This document shows, piece after piece, positions 29,496 to 42,159 of a DNA stretch of 64,000 nucleotides. This DNA is from Thermodesulfobacteriota bacterium. GTDB lineage: Bacteria > Desulfobacterota > Binatia > Bin18. The stretch spans positions 2,624,001 through 2,688,000 of the forward strand of contig OZ219926.1 of assembly GCA_964291405.2 (NCBI GenBank), given 5' to 3'. Below the pieces are notes generated by a model that saw only the letters and a list, made by a program, of their open reading frames with translations, was not told the origin of the DNA and did no database searches. Positions within the stretch are counted from its first letter, which is position 1. Each line of letters begins with the position of its first letter. A program made the translations under genes and the position numbers.

Positions 29496-29608
29496 GGTGT
29501 CCTCCTTGGTGTTTGCAGGCTGGAGCGTATGGTATACACTCAGCACCGGTCGGACTAGAGCGAAACCGCCTCGCATTTCATCTCTCTTCTGAGCCAACGA
29601 GTCCGTAG

Positions 29609-32047
<2,439 letters not shown>

Positions 32048-32071
32048 GCAAGAGAAACGGGAGGAAGCGCT

Positions 32072-32884
32072 ATGGCTGTGGTCTCTGCCTTTCTCGTCCC
32101 CGGCTCGCCCCTGCCCTACGTCAAACGCGATAATCCGCCCTGGGGCAAAATTGCGACGGGCCTGGAACGGGCCGGCGCGGCGCTCGTCCAGTCCAAACCG
32201 GATGTGATCCTACTCTATTCAACGCAGTGGATTGCCGTCCTGGACCAACTGTGGCAGACCCGTCCGCGGGTGAGCGGCCTGCACGTTGACGAAAATTGGC
32301 ACGAGTACGGCGAACTGCCCTACCGCCTGAAGATCGATACCCGGCTGGCCAAGGCCTGCGTGGCCGCAACCGGCACAATCGGGGTCAAGTCCAAGGCGGT
32401 CAATTACGACGGGTTTCCGATTGATACGGGAACGATTGTCGCCGCGAACTTCCTGAACCCGGGCGGCAAAATTCCGATGGTGTTGGCCTCGAACAATCTT
32501 TACCACGATTTTGCGCTGACCGAAAAACTCGGACGTTTGGCGGCACGCTTGGCCGGCAAACAGAAAAAACGGGTAGCCGTGGTGGGCGTAGGAAATTTTT
32601 CCGGTGCGTTCTTTCGGCACGAGATCGATATTGCCAAAGATAAAATCGTCGCTCCGAAATACGACCGCTGGAATAAAAAGATACTGGCTCTGCTGCAAGC
32701 CGGTGACGGGAACGGGTTGTCTGCGGCCCTGCCCGAGTTTGCTACAAAAGGGCAGGCCGATATGGGCTTTAAGCACGGCGCGTGGGTATTAGGCGCCCTG
32801 GGCGGGAAGTTCACCGGCGCACAGGTGCACGCCTATGGCCCGCTCTATGGCAGCGGCGGCGCGGTGGTGGAGTTCGACTTGTGA
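32072..32884 (+). CDS. amnA: 2-aminophenol 1,6-dioxygenase alpha subunit
   Basis: VVSAFLVPGSPLP, YSTQWIAVLDQLW, HVDENW, YGPLYGSG. Confidence 0.9.
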   Translation: MAVVSAFLVPGSPLPYVKRDNPPWGKIATGLERAGAALVQSKPDVILLYSTQWIAVLDQLWQTRPRVSGLHVDENWHEYGELPYRLKIDTRLAKACVAATGTIGVKSKAVNYDGFPIDTGTIVAANFLNPGGKIPMVLASNNLYHDFALTEKLGRLAARLAGKQKKRVAVVGVGNFSGAFFRHEIDIAKDKIVAPKYDRWNKKILALLQAGDGNGLSAALPEFATKGQADMGFKHGAWVLGALGGKFTGAQVHAYGPLYGSGGAVVEFDL

Positions 32885-32907
32885 AAGAGAAGAGAGATAG
32901 GGATAGA

Positions 32908-32937
32908 GTAGGTCGGATTAGCGTAGCGTAATCCAAC
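32908..32937. repeat. GTAG-type REP-like palindrome between convergent genes
   Basis: GTAGGTCGGATTAGCGTAGCGTAATCCAAC (GGATTA/TAATCC stem). Confidence 0.6.
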
Positions 32938-32964
32938 ATGGGCAGGCCGCTGGGCTGTCTCTCC

Positions 32965-33570
32965 TTAGCGTCTGCGTAATTCCAACTCGTCCAGGCGTTT
33001 GCGTACCCAGTCAATGCGATCGTTGCCCCAGAAGGGCTCGCCGCGAACAAAAAACATCGGCACGCCAAAGACTTTATCTTCTTCCGCGCGTTCTCGGATT
33101 GCGGCGAGTTCGTGCGGACCATCCTCCTCGACATAGGCCAGGAAACCAGCCTCATCCAGCCCGACCTCGGCACATAAGGCCGCCATCACCTGGCGATCTT
33201 CAATATCGAGTTCACGCTTCCAGAACCGATCAAAAACCGCATCGTGGTAGGGCCGAAAGTTCCCCTGCTGCATGGCGTATAAGCCGCCCATACAGGCTAG
33301 AGACGAATCGAATATCTTCCGTGGTCCGCGCACAAGCAGGCCGCGCGTATTGGCCCAGCGGCGGGCGTCCAGATAGGAGTAGCGCACCTTGCGCCACTCC
33401 ATTTCCGTGCGGGTCTCTACATCGCCCAGCGCCGCCGGAATATCCAACACATAGGGCAACCACTCCAACTGGATGTGATAGTCGTCTTCCAGCCGATACG
33501 CCTCGGCCTTGGCCAGGTAGGAATAGGCGCTCTTATAGTCAAAATAAAGCGGAATCGTGAACAGACCCAC
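32965..33570 (-). CDS. 2-hydroxychromene-2-carboxylate isomerase / kappa-GST (DSBA-like) protein
   Basis: FDYKSAYSYL (no CxxC), VFGVP.F....PFWGNDR. Confidence 0.85.
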   Translation of the reverse strand: MGLFTIPLYFDYKSAYSYLAKAEAYRLEDDYHIQLEWLPYVLDIPAALGDVETRTEMEWRKVRYSYLDARRWANTRGLLVRGPRKIFDSSLACMGGLYAMQQGNFRPYHDAVFDRFWKRELDIEDRQVMAALCAEVGLDEAGFLAYVEEDGPHELAAIRERAEEDKVFGVPMFFVRGEPFWGNDRIDWVRKRLDELELRRR

Positions 33571-33587
33571 GGCAGTCCTTGATTCCC

Positions 33588-34181
33588 TTAACAGCCCGGC
33601 TGTTCCGCTTCTGCCCGCATTTCTTCATGCGCGAACGAGAGCGGACATGGTTTGCCCACCCCGTCGAGTCCGACGGCGTAGACCAGCCGTCCATAGCCAA
33701 TAAAAATGGCCATGCGCCAGCCCAGGGCCATGATCTCGGGCTCGCTGTAATGGGTCCGCAGCTCGTCAAAGAGATCCTGGGAGACCTGTTTATGATCGCG
33801 GGCCAGGGTGTCCGCAAAGCGCAGGGCGGCTTTCTCGCGCGGCGTGAACAAATCGCTGTCCTGAAAATGGGGCAGAGCGTGGATCATTTCCTCTGTCAGA
33901 CCTTGTTGCCTCGCCGAGGCATACACGGCTGTCATTCAAAGCTGGCATTCGTTAATCTGGGCTACCTTGTGTCGAATCAGTTCGGTCAGCTTCACGCTGA
34001 TCCCGTCGGCGTCGACCATAATATGGGAATAGTAAAAATCGACGAAGTGCTTGTAGAGGTCCGGGGTATGGGCAAATATCTGTATCCATTCCGACCCGCC
34101 GAGCGCCTCGTCACTCTGCTGCATGGTTTTTTGCAGATCGGGGTCAACCTTCTCAAACGGCACCTTACTGACACGTAACAT
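33588..34181 (-). CDS. AhpD/carboxymuconolactone-decarboxylase family protein, probable selenoprotein (UGA at 33938-33936 in CxxU)
   Basis: Two abutting in-frame ORFs join as ELIRHKVAQINECQL-UGA-MTAVYASA...REKAALRFAD; the UGA occupies the second Cys position of the AhpD CxxC; hairpin downstream. Confidence 0.8.
33904..33925 (-). promoter_or_regulatory. Putative bacterial SECIS element
   Basis: mRNA UGU-A-UGCCUC-GGC-GAGGCA-ACA; the G-starting loop begins after 20 nt downstream of the UGA. Confidence 0.7.
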
Positions 34182-34260
34182 CGGTCTCCCTCCTTATTGT
34201 GCAGTGGGTTTCCTTTGCCAATAAACCAATGCGGACGTATTGGGAAGAGCCGAAGAATTT

Positions 34261-36195
34261 TTAGTCCGACAGATTTTCAATAGTCAGGGGCTCAACGGCT
34301 TCAGCCAAGGGGAACCCGAAAATTCGCGAGTAAAAATACAACTCGCCGTCCAAAGCGCGTTTGATATTCTCGGCTTTGCGAAAGCCATGCTGTTCGCCCG
34401 CAAACAGGACATAGGCGACCGGCAACCCTTTCTCTCTGAGGGCCGCTACCATTAGTTCGGCTTGGTTTGGCGGGACGATCTTATCTTCCGTACCTTGGAA
34501 GACGATCAACGGACACGAAAGTTGCTGGGTAAAATGAACCGGCGAGCGCGCGACATAGACGTCCTGTCGCTCCGGGTAGGGTCCGACCAGATTGTCCGGG
34601 TAGCGGGACTCGAACTTATGGGTGTCGCGCGCCAGCGCTTCGAGGTCGCTGATCCCGTAATGACTTGCCCCGGCTCGAAACGTATTGCGAAAGGTCAATG
34701 CACACAGGGTCGTGTATCCTCCGGCGCTGCCGCCGGTAATAGTCAGTCGCTCGGCATCGACCTCGCCGCGGGCGACCAGATAGTTCGCGCCGTTAACGCA
34801 ATCGTCCACATCGACAATCCCCCATTGGCCGTTCAGGCGTTGCCGATAGGCCCGTCCATAACCAGTGCTGCCCCCGTAGTTCACGTCCAGAACGGCAAAG
34901 CCACGACTCGTCCAGTACTGAATCCGCAGATCAAGGGCCGTCTGTGCGGCCGAGGTGGGCCCGCCGTGACTTTTGACGACCAGCGGTGGACGTTCCTCTT
35001 CTGGGGCCACGTAGTCAGCGTTTGTGGGTGGATAGTACAGGCCGTACGCGGTCCGGTCGTGCTCGGTTGGAAAGGCAATAGCCTGGGGCGCTGACAGATA
35101 GTCCGGGTCCAGGTCGAGTTGGCTGGACTGACGCAGGACGCTGAGGGCGTATGTTTCCAGGTCGAGTTGGACGACTGCGGGCGGTACGCTTGGCGAGCCT
35201 GCCAGAAACACTGCTTTGCCAGATGAAGCCTGTACATCGCCCACTTCGGTATACGGCAGCGCAATGGCGTTGCATTGCCGCGTCCCCGGATCAAGGCGGG
35301 CCATATTCCAGGTCCCGTTTTCCGCGTAGGTGCAGATAATCTGGTTGGCAGAAGCAAAGGCATAGGTCGCCATACCAAACATCCACTGCGGTCGGCCAAA
35401 ATCCGCGGCCTTTTCCCACAGAGCCTCAATACTGCCGTTACGGACTCGATACAGATTCCACCAGCCGGAGCGATCCGACACAAAGTATAAGATACCGAGC
35501 GGAGACCACTCGGGCTGAAAAATGGACTCCGCGTCACCACCGGCCACCAGACCGACGTCTGCCAGGGAACCATCCGAGCGGACCGTCCCTACCCACAGCT
35601 CGGTACCATCCCAGGGCATGCGCGGATGGCCCCACGACAGCCAGGCGAGCCGGGTGCCATCCGGGTTGAGCCGGGGGTTGGAATAAAAATCACTTCCGGA
35701 GACGAGGACCGTCTCTTCCCCGCTGGCGAGATCAATACTGACCAGGCTATTCACCGCTTCCTGTCCCGTCCGCCGGTGATCTTCGCGCACGCAGATCAAA
35801 CGGCTACGCTGGGCGTCAACAATGGCGTCGGCATAACGTAGCCCATCTTCTGAGGTCAGGGGCTCGGGGTCGGCCACCCCGACCTGCCGATACAGCCGCT
35901 GGTCTGTGAAATTTGAAAAATAGAGCGCCCCGTCCCGGACGGCATACGCCCCGCCCCCATACTCATGCACGCGCGTCCGAGCATTAAAGGGTGCAGGCGT
36001 CATATCGGCTATGGTTCCGTCAGGCGTGCGTCGCACAATGACATTCCGCCCACCCTCAGTCGGCCGCTGTTCTATCCAGTACACCGTCTCTCCATCCAGC
36101 TGAACCTGGCCCAAGCCCACCGTTCCGGCCACGATCAGGTCTGATGTGATAGGCGATTTCCACGAACCGTACGGAGCCGTTTTTTTGTCAGGCAT
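34261..36195 (-). CDS. S9 family (prolyl oligopeptidase/acylaminoacyl) peptidase
   Basis: [34 protein letters not shown]. Confidence 0.93.
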   Translation of the reverse strand: MPDKKTAPYGSWKSPITSDLIVAGTVGLGQVQLDGETVYWIEQRPTEGGRNVIVRRTPDGTIADMTPAPFNARTRVHEYGGGAYAVRDGALYFSNFTDQRLYRQVGVADPEPLTSEDGLRYADAIVDAQRSRLICVREDHRRTGQEAVNSLVSIDLASGEETVLVSGSDFYSNPRLNPDGTRLAWLSWGHPRMPWDGTELWVGTVRSDGSLADVGLVAGGDAESIFQPEWSPLGILYFVSDRSGWWNLYRVRNGSIEALWEKAADFGRPQWMFGMATYAFASANQIICTYAENGTWNMARLDPGTRQCNAIALPYTEVGDVQASSGKAVFLAGSPSVPPAVVQLDLETYALSVLRQSSQLDLDPDYLSAPQAIAFPTEHDRTAYGLYYPPTNADYVAPEEERPPLVVKSHGGPTSAAQTALDLRIQYWTSRGFAVLDVNYGGSTGYGRAYRQRLNGQWGIVDVDDCVNGANYLVARGEVDAERLTITGGSAGGYTTLCALTFRNTFRAGASHYGISDLEALARDTHKFESRYPDNLVGPYPERQDVYVARSPVHFTQQLSCPLIVFQGTEDKIVPPNQAELMVAALREKGLPVAYVLFAGEQHGFRKAENIKRALDGELYFYSRIFGFPLAEAVEPLTIENLSD

Positions 36196-36349
36196 GTCTG
36201 CTCCTCAGATTGAGACCGTTGCTGTCTGGGTAACAGACCGAGAGGAACAGGAACACTCCCTGGATGCTCAGGATGGACTTGGTCTTCCCTTTACTCCCTC
36301 CCACCCGTAGCGCTATGCTTCCCGGCAACAACTCCAAGGAGGCAGGTGT

Positions 36350-37513
36350 ATGGAGACGGTCCAGCCCTCAGCGTGCGGGTTTGACGCGGCACGACTCGAC
36401 CACTTCGTGTCGTGTATGCAGAACGATATTGAGCGGGAGCAGTATGACGGGGCGGTTGTTATTGTGGCGCGGGGGGGACGGGTCGTATTGCACCGGGCGC
36501 TCGGTTTTGCCGAGCGGGCAAGCCAGCGCGTCATGCAAAAGGACGATGTCTTCTATCTCTTCTCCGTCACAAAGGCGCTGACAGCCACCGCGATTCTTGC
36601 CCGCGTTGACCGGGGCCAACTCGCCCTGACAACGCGCGTGGCCGAGATTATTCCCGAGTTTGCGAGCAAGGGAAAACAGCGGGTGACTATCGCCCAGCTC
36701 CTGGCCCATACCGCCGGCATGTCGGCCGGGTTTCCACCCGTAGCCCAGGAGATGATGGGTAATCTCGAAGCGGTTGTCGCCGCGGTCTGCCAGCAGGGGC
36801 TGGATGCACTGCCCGGAGAGATCGTCAGCTATAGCCCGATTACCGCTCATGCGGTCCTGGGTGAAGTGGTCCGCCGGATGGATGGGGGGACGCGGCCGCT
36901 ACGACAGATTTTTGCGGAGGATATCCTTACCCCGCTAGGAATGTCCAATACGGCCCTGGGTCTGCGGCCTGATCTGGCCGAGCGACGGGTTCCGGTCGTA
37001 GTGCGAGACCGGCGGGAAGGGCTCTTTCCACCGGAGGTCCTTGAAGGCTTCAACGTCATGCTTCAAGAGGACACGGAAATTCCGGGCGGTGGCGGGGTGG
37101 GGACTGCCGCCGATATCTTTCGTCTGGCGGAAATGCTGCGGCGCGGCGGAGAGCTGGACGGAGTCCGTATCCTATCTCCGGCTGTCATTCGCCTGGCCGC
37201 GACAAACCATACCGGTCTCAAGCCGAATAATCTGTGGAACTACACCAGGGAAGTCCGCAACTGGGACGAGTTTCCGGCGTCGCTCGGCCTGGGCTTTTTC
37301 GTACGCGGAACAGGTATCTTCCCCACCTATTTCGGCACGTTGGCGTCGCCAAACACGTTTGGCGCAATTGGGGCGGGGTCAACCCTGTTCTGGATCGATC
37401 CGGAGCGTGATATCAGCTTTGTGTGCCTGACCGCCGGGGCCCTGGAAGAGTCGTACAGCATGGAGCGCTTCCAACGTCTGTCCGATCTCGTTCTTAGTGC
37501 GGTTGTGGAGTAA
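36350..37513 (+). CDS. Beta-lactamase-fold serine hydrolase (esterase-like)
   Basis: FSVTK (SxxK), LLAHTAG, SYS, WIDPERD. Confidence 0.88.
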   Translation: METVQPSACGFDAARLDHFVSCMQNDIEREQYDGAVVIVARGGRVVLHRALGFAERASQRVMQKDDVFYLFSVTKALTATAILARVDRGQLALTTRVAEIIPEFASKGKQRVTIAQLLAHTAGMSAGFPPVAQEMMGNLEAVVAAVCQQGLDALPGEIVSYSPITAHAVLGEVVRRMDGGTRPLRQIFAEDILTPLGMSNTALGLRPDLAERRVPVVVRDRREGLFPPEVLEGFNVMLQEDTEIPGGGGVGTAADIFRLAEMLRRGGELDGVRILSPAVIRLAATNHTGLKPNNLWNYTREVRNWDEFPASLGLGFFVRGTGIFPTYFGTLASPNTFGAIGAGSTLFWIDPERDISFVCLTAGALEESYSMERFQRLSDLVLSAVVE

Positions 37514-37538
37514 GCCTGTCCTGAGCCCGATCGAAGGG
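37514..37538. repeat. CCTGAGC-N-TCGAAGG type short intergenic repeat
   Basis: GCCTGTCCTGAGCCCGATCGAAGGG; related copy at 52101-52118, core CCCTTCGAC at 17571 and 51276. Confidence 0.5.
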
Positions 37539-37549
37539 CCCGCGCCCGT

Positions 37550-38599
37550 ATGATTACCGAAGCGCAGCTCCAGCAGATATTTACCCCGCTGACCGGAGAC
37601 CCGTCCCCGCGCGTGTGCCGGACGCTGTCCGGCAATATCAATACTATCCTCAAGGTAGAAGCCAACGGAAAGATGTATGGCCTCCGTATTCGGAGCCAGG
37701 AGCAGGTCTATCGATACGAGCCGGACCTGATAAAAGAGGTCTTCATCAGTTGGCTGCTGGATCCTGCTCATGCCGGGGCGAACGATGCGGAAAAGGCGCG
37801 GGCGCTGAGCCAACTGCGGGAGGCGCAACATGGGGCCGGTCGCAAGAGTTCCGGTATCGAGCCCACCGGACTGGCCTTTGACTGGAGCCGGCAAATCCTG
37901 CCGCAGCCGTATTTCGTGTATGAGTGGATCGAAGGCGAGCCCCTGTGGGATGACCCGGACGAACAATTATACCGGGCTGCGGGCCGCGTGCTGGCAAGCC
38001 TGCATCAGGTGCGGTTCGATGCCTTTTATGCCGACTTCTTTGCCATAGGCAACGCTCCGCAGGCCTGGGCGGATCGCTTTCGGACCGCACTGGACAAGGA
38101 GGTCGGCGAAGCCCGCAGCCGACTCAGCCCGACGCTCTTGCACGCGGTGGAGCATACCTCCATGCCGTCCACGCTGTCGTTCTCCCCCTGTCTTATCCAT
38201 AACGATTTCTCACCGGGTAACATTCTCGTCTGGGACGGGCGACTCGCGGCGGTTATTGATTGGGATAATACGGTCGTGGATGTGGCTCCGCTCGATTTTG
38301 TGAAGATGAAATACTGGACGGCCAAAGACGACCGAGGTCAACTCGGTCACAACCCCGTCCTCTTCCGGGCGTTCGTCACGGGTTATGGCTCACGCGGTCC
38401 TGAGGTCGTCGAATCGGAGACCTTTGCCTGGTACGAATTATTATGGCTGTTGCGCGTATGGAATTTTGAAATGTCCAAGCAGGAACGCGGGCTGGAGCAC
38501 GCCCCCGGCTACCCGGCCGCGGCCGAGTATGCCGCATTTCTGGAGGGGGTCATTGGCCGGCTGAGCGCACGCTACGGCTCTTTGAGTCCTACCTCCTAA
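37550..38599 (+). CDS. Aminoglycoside-phosphotransferase-like kinase (substrate unknown)
   Basis: LIHNDFSPGNILV and VIDWD motifs. Confidence 0.85.
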   Translation: MITEAQLQQIFTPLTGDPSPRVCRTLSGNINTILKVEANGKMYGLRIRSQEQVYRYEPDLIKEVFISWLLDPAHAGANDAEKARALSQLREAQHGAGRKSSGIEPTGLAFDWSRQILPQPYFVYEWIEGEPLWDDPDEQLYRAAGRVLASLHQVRFDAFYADFFAIGNAPQAWADRFRTALDKEVGEARSRLSPTLLHAVEHTSMPSTLSFSPCLIHNDFSPGNILVWDGRLAAVIDWDNTVVDVAPLDFVKMKYWTAKDDRGQLGHNPVLFRAFVTGYGSRGPEVVESETFAWYELLWLLRVWNFEMSKQERGLEHAPGYPAAAEYAAFLEGVIGRLSARYGSLSPTS

Positions 38600-38656
38600 T
38601 CGGCTCCTTTGAAAAGATGAGAAGCGGCTCGAAAACCGGTATAATGCATTATACCT

Positions 38657-39292
38657 ATGCGTCAGCTACCCGAAGACTGTGAAGAGACCACTTCTCCTGA
38701 AGAAGTGCAGACCGAGCCCGTAGTCCCGCACCGGCTGCCGCGCTGGAAGATTGTTCTGGTCAGCCTCGCTCTGCTAATGGGCGTGGCCGGCATGATGCTG
38801 CATCCTCAGTCGCCTTCAGGCGTTCAGGAAACGCGGACCGTGGGAAATCTCTCTGCCTCCGGAGCCGACCCGCTACCGGACTCACCAGCTTTTCAGTCTG
38901 ACCCGGTGCCGGCCTTTGACCCCACCTTCGATATGATAGAGGAAACGGCTGAAGAGCCCCTCCCGCCGGACTGGGAGAGGCGGTTGGAGGACTGGTCGCC
39001 CCTGCTCACGAAGCTGGGCTTCAGTTTTGTGGTTGGATTCAGCATCGGCTATGTACTGCTGATCTTTCTGCGCACGACCGCCTTTCTGGCCGGCTTGGTC
39101 CTGCTGGCCCTGTTTGGGTTGCAGTATCTCGGCGTGTTGTATCTCAACTGGCAGAATATCGAGACGAGTTATCAGTCGGTCCTGAGCTGGGTGTTGCCCA
39201 GGGCAGAAAACTTTCGGGACTTTATTACGCACAATCTCTCTTCGTCCGGTATGGCGGCGATGGGGATTCTGACGGGTTTGACGCGACGCTAG
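38657..39292 (+). CDS. Membrane protein with FUN14-like C-terminal domain
   Basis: LGFSFVVGFSIGY...LFGLQYLG...NW pattern; TATAAT upstream. Confidence 0.65.
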   Translation: MRQLPEDCEETTSPEEVQTEPVVPHRLPRWKIVLVSLALLMGVAGMMLHPQSPSGVQETRTVGNLSASGADPLPDSPAFQSDPVPAFDPTFDMIEETAEEPLPPDWERRLEDWSPLLTKLGFSFVVGFSIGYVLLIFLRTTAFLAGLVLLALFGLQYLGVLYLNWQNIETSYQSVLSWVLPRAENFRDFITHNLSSSGMAAMGILTGLTRR

Positions 39293-39324
39293 GGGGCTGG
39301 GGGGAGTATCCCTCCTTGAGATCA

Positions 39325-40038
39325 ATGGCCAATTTCAAAACGCACCTTGGCGTTGCTGCGGTGGGAAGCGGACTCCTGGCAACGATCTGTTTGGGCGCGG
39401 GGATGAGTAGCCCGCAAGAAGTCGTCACCCTGGCCGTGGTCGGGACGGTCGGCGGGCTCCTGCCGGATATCGATCTTGACCACTCCAGTCCAACCAAGCT
39501 GATCTTTACCGCCCTGGCCATTGTGTTTGCCTTTCTGGCCGCGTTCAACCGAGTCGCCAGCTACTCGATTGTCGAACTCTGGATCGTCTGGGGGGTGGCG
39601 TATGGTGCGGTCCGCTATCTTGCCCTGGGCGTCTTCTCTGCGCTGACGGTCCATCGCGGCATTTTTCATTCGCTCGTTGCCGCCCTCTTTTTCTGGTTCC
39701 TGGCTACTAGCCTGAGCTATTATCTGTTTGCTCTGAGTGCGCTGTTCGCCTGGTCCATCGGCTTTTTTCTCTTTTTTGGCTATATCCTCCATTTGCTGCT
39801 CGACGAGCTTTTCAGCGTGGACCTGTTGAACTCACGCCTCAAAAGCTCATTCGGGACGGCCCTCAAAATCGCCGATTTTCACAACGCGCGGACCTCCCTG
39901 CTGATGACGGCTGCGGCGCTGATCACGTTCTTTTCAACCCCGAGCGCCCAGCCTTTCCTGGACTGGGTCACCAACAAACAAACCTATCTCAATATCGCCG
40001 ATCGATTTCTCCCAGAGACGCTGTGGTTTACGCTGTAG
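39325..40038 (+). CDS. YdjM-like membrane-bound metal-dependent hydrolase
   Basis: FKTH, GGLLPDID, HRGIFHS, GYILHLLLDE. Confidence 0.85.
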   Translation: MANFKTHLGVAAVGSGLLATICLGAGMSSPQEVVTLAVVGTVGGLLPDIDLDHSSPTKLIFTALAIVFAFLAAFNRVASYSIVELWIVWGVAYGAVRYLALGVFSALTVHRGIFHSLVAALFFWFLATSLSYYLFALSALFAWSIGFFLFFGYILHLLLDELFSVDLLNSRLKSSFGTALKIADFHNARTSLLMTAAALITFFSTPSAQPFLDWVTNKQTYLNIADRFLPETLWFTL

Positions 40039-40043
40039 GGAAT

Positions 40044-40110
40044 CAGGGGTTGAAGCCTGGGGGTTGGGGATGAACAAATCTAGCCCCTAACTCCCAACCC
40101 CTAACCCCTG
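40044..40110. repeat. Inverted heptamer-like G/C-run repeats (hairpin-forming)
   Basis: CAGGGGTT...GGGGGTTGGGG followed by CCCCTAACTCCCAACCCCTAACCCCTG. Confidence 0.55.
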
Positions 40111-40207
40111 CCCCTTCTCCCTCTTGACCTGCTCCAGACAGCAGGCCATCATGCTCCGGCTTGATTTTCCACGAGAGGGCAGAAACCGATTCTATGCGAG
40201 GACTTTC

Positions 40208-40723
40208 ATGTTAGGGCGGCTCGGGGCGGTGTGGGGAGTTGGCGGTGTTATCCTCTTACTGGTTTATTCCATCGCCCGACTCTCCGTCATTACGCTGGAC
40301 GCCTTTCACTACGAGTTTTCCTGGTATCACTGGTTGGCGCTCGGCCTGAACGTCGTCTGGATGGCCTACTCGGAAGGCTATTACGGCTTTCAGTGCGGCT
40401 TTGCACCGCGGGTCGCGGCCCGCGCAAAATATCTGGCCGTCCACCCGAGTCCGCTGTGTGCATTGTTGGCACCTGTCTTTTGCATGGGCTATTTCTCCAT
40501 TCACCGGCCCCGACAAATCTTCGTCTTCGTTCTCACCGCCATGATCGTCGCCTTTGTCCTGGTCATACCCTATTTGGCTCAGCCGTGGCGCGGCATTGTC
40601 GATGCCGGCGTTGTCGTCGGCCTGCTCTGGGGGTTGATCACCATTGTGGTGTTTGCCCTCCAGGCCTTTACGTCCGACGACTTTTCGTATTCGCCCGAGG
40701 TGCCGGGTTATACACCGGAGTAG
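40208..40723 (+). CDS. Hypothetical integral membrane protein
   Basis: About four hydrophobic segments, GAGGA RBS before MLGRLG. Confidence 0.7.
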   Translation: MLGRLGAVWGVGGVILLLVYSIARLSVITLDAFHYEFSWYHWLALGLNVVWMAYSEGYYGFQCGFAPRVAARAKYLAVHPSPLCALLAPVFCMGYFSIHRPRQIFVFVLTAMIVAFVLVIPYLAQPWRGIVDAGVVVGLLWGLITIVVFALQAFTSDDFSYSPEVPGYTPE

Positions 40724-40842
40724 CGACCCGCGCTGTCTTGTCGTGCTCCTCCGGCGGCTGGACCCTACGGAAGCTCCGGTCTTCGACCGTGCAAAATGGG
40801 CTGACCTCGCCTATAGTGTCCGCATACAATTCGTTCGTCACC

Positions 40843-42060
40843 ATGCACGCCATCAATCTTGTTCTCCCCCTCATTGCGGTCGCGGTCGCCGCTCTCCTGC
40901 TGCTGCCGGCAATCAAGGAGAGCACAGTCTGGAGAGCGAGCGTCACGCCGCTGGCCTCGATCATCGGCAGTGGCTTTTTGGTGGTCGCGCCGTTGCTCGC
41001 CCTGGTCGTCGGCTGGGTCGCTCCTCTGGCGATGTTGGCCATCGTTGTCATCGCCTATGGCCTGGGTGAAATCTCGCGCTTCAATATTCGTCATGGCGAG
41101 CCCCTGCTGCAAAGCGGCGAAGCGCCGGCCTTGCTGGTGATGACCGAGCGTGTCGCGAATTTTACCCTTTCGCTGGCCTATATCGTATCCGTTGCGTTCT
41201 ACATCAGATTGTTGGCCTCCTTTATATTCAGAGGAGTCGGGTTGGACACGGCAATCGGCGCCCAAGTATTGACCACGCTGATTTTGATATTCATCGGTTA
41301 TACCGGTTGGCGCCGGGGTCTGGAGGGTCTGGTCCGTGTAGAGGAGTACTCGGTCAGCATCAAGCTGGCGATCATCGTGGCCCTGCTGTTCGGACTGGCG
41401 AATTATGACGCTTCTGTCGATTTTTCGATCCGTGATTTTCCGGCGCCCTCGGTGTCCGCTTGGGAACAACTCCGTCAACTCGCCGGCATGTTATTGGTTG
41501 TGCAGGGCTTTGAAACCTCGCGCTATCTTGGCAGCGAATTTTCCGCGGAACTGCGTATCAAGAGTATGCGTTTCGCCCAGATCGTCTCGGGTCTAATCTA
41601 CGTTGCCTTCATTATTATGTGTATGCCACTTCTTCTGGGTCTGGACGGTCTGAAAGTGGACGAGACGGCGATTATCGGTCTCTCGGGTCACATCGCGACG
41701 GTCCTGCCCGCCATGCTCGTTTTGGCTGCCGCCATGAGCCAATTCAGTGCGGCAGTGGCCGATACGGCTGGCGCTGGTGGACTGGTCGAAGAGGAAAGCG
41801 GCGGTCGGATATCAGCGCGATACGCCTATGTGGCGGTGATCGGTTTGGGTATTGCATTGGTCTGGATGACCAATGTGTTCGAGATCATCGCCCTGGCTTC
41901 GCGGGCCTTTGCCGCCTATTACCTGTCGCAGGCTCTGACCGCGTTTCAGATTGCCGGCCACAGACCTGAGGGCCGGTCACGCCGGATCGGCAGGATTACT
42001 ACGGCCCTGGCCGCCGTTCTGTTGGTCTGGGTCGTCATCTTTGCCGTGCCCGTAGAGTAG
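40843..42060 (+). CDS. APC-superfamily-like permease
   Basis: TPLASIIGSGFL and VQGFE unwound-helix motifs, about 11-12 TM segments; real start at MHAINL. Confidence 0.75.
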   Translation: MHAINLVLPLIAVAVAALLLLPAIKESTVWRASVTPLASIIGSGFLVVAPLLALVVGWVAPLAMLAIVVIAYGLGEISRFNIRHGEPLLQSGEAPALLVMTERVANFTLSLAYIVSVAFYIRLLASFIFRGVGLDTAIGAQVLTTLILIFIGYTGWRRGLEGLVRVEEYSVSIKLAIIVALLFGLANYDASVDFSIRDFPAPSVSAWEQLRQLAGMLLVVQGFETSRYLGSEFSAELRIKSMRFAQIVSGLIYVAFIIMCMPLLLGLDGLKVDETAIIGLSGHIATVLPAMLVLAAAMSQFSAAVADTAGAGGLVEEESGGRISARYAYVAVIGLGIALVWMTNVFEIIALASRAFAAYYLSQALTAFQIAGHRPEGRSRRIGRITTALAAVLLVWVVIFAVPVE

Positions 42061-42159
42061 TCCGAAGCATTTTGTGCCCGGTGCCCGTCGCTTGACAGTG
42101 CTGGATAGCTTCAGGCAAAACCAGAGCTGGAAACTCTAACAGTACCGAGGAGACGACTC

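Noticed and set aside
33588-34181. Two separate small genes or a nonsense pseudogene
   Set aside because: The stop is TGA exactly at the CxxC second-Cys position with a SECIS-like hairpin, and no RBS precedes the second ATG; recoding is the simpler explanation, though unproven
36350-38599. Antibiotic-resistance pair (beta-lactamase + aminoglycoside kinase)
   Set aside because: Only superfamily motifs are present; the hydrolase has no signal peptide and looks esterase-like, and there is no evidence of antibiotic substrates
40231-40842. N-terminal 200 aa of the 609-aa ORF
   Set aside because: It overlaps a credible gene in another frame and is Arg/Cys-rich shadow sequence; the permease starts at 40843
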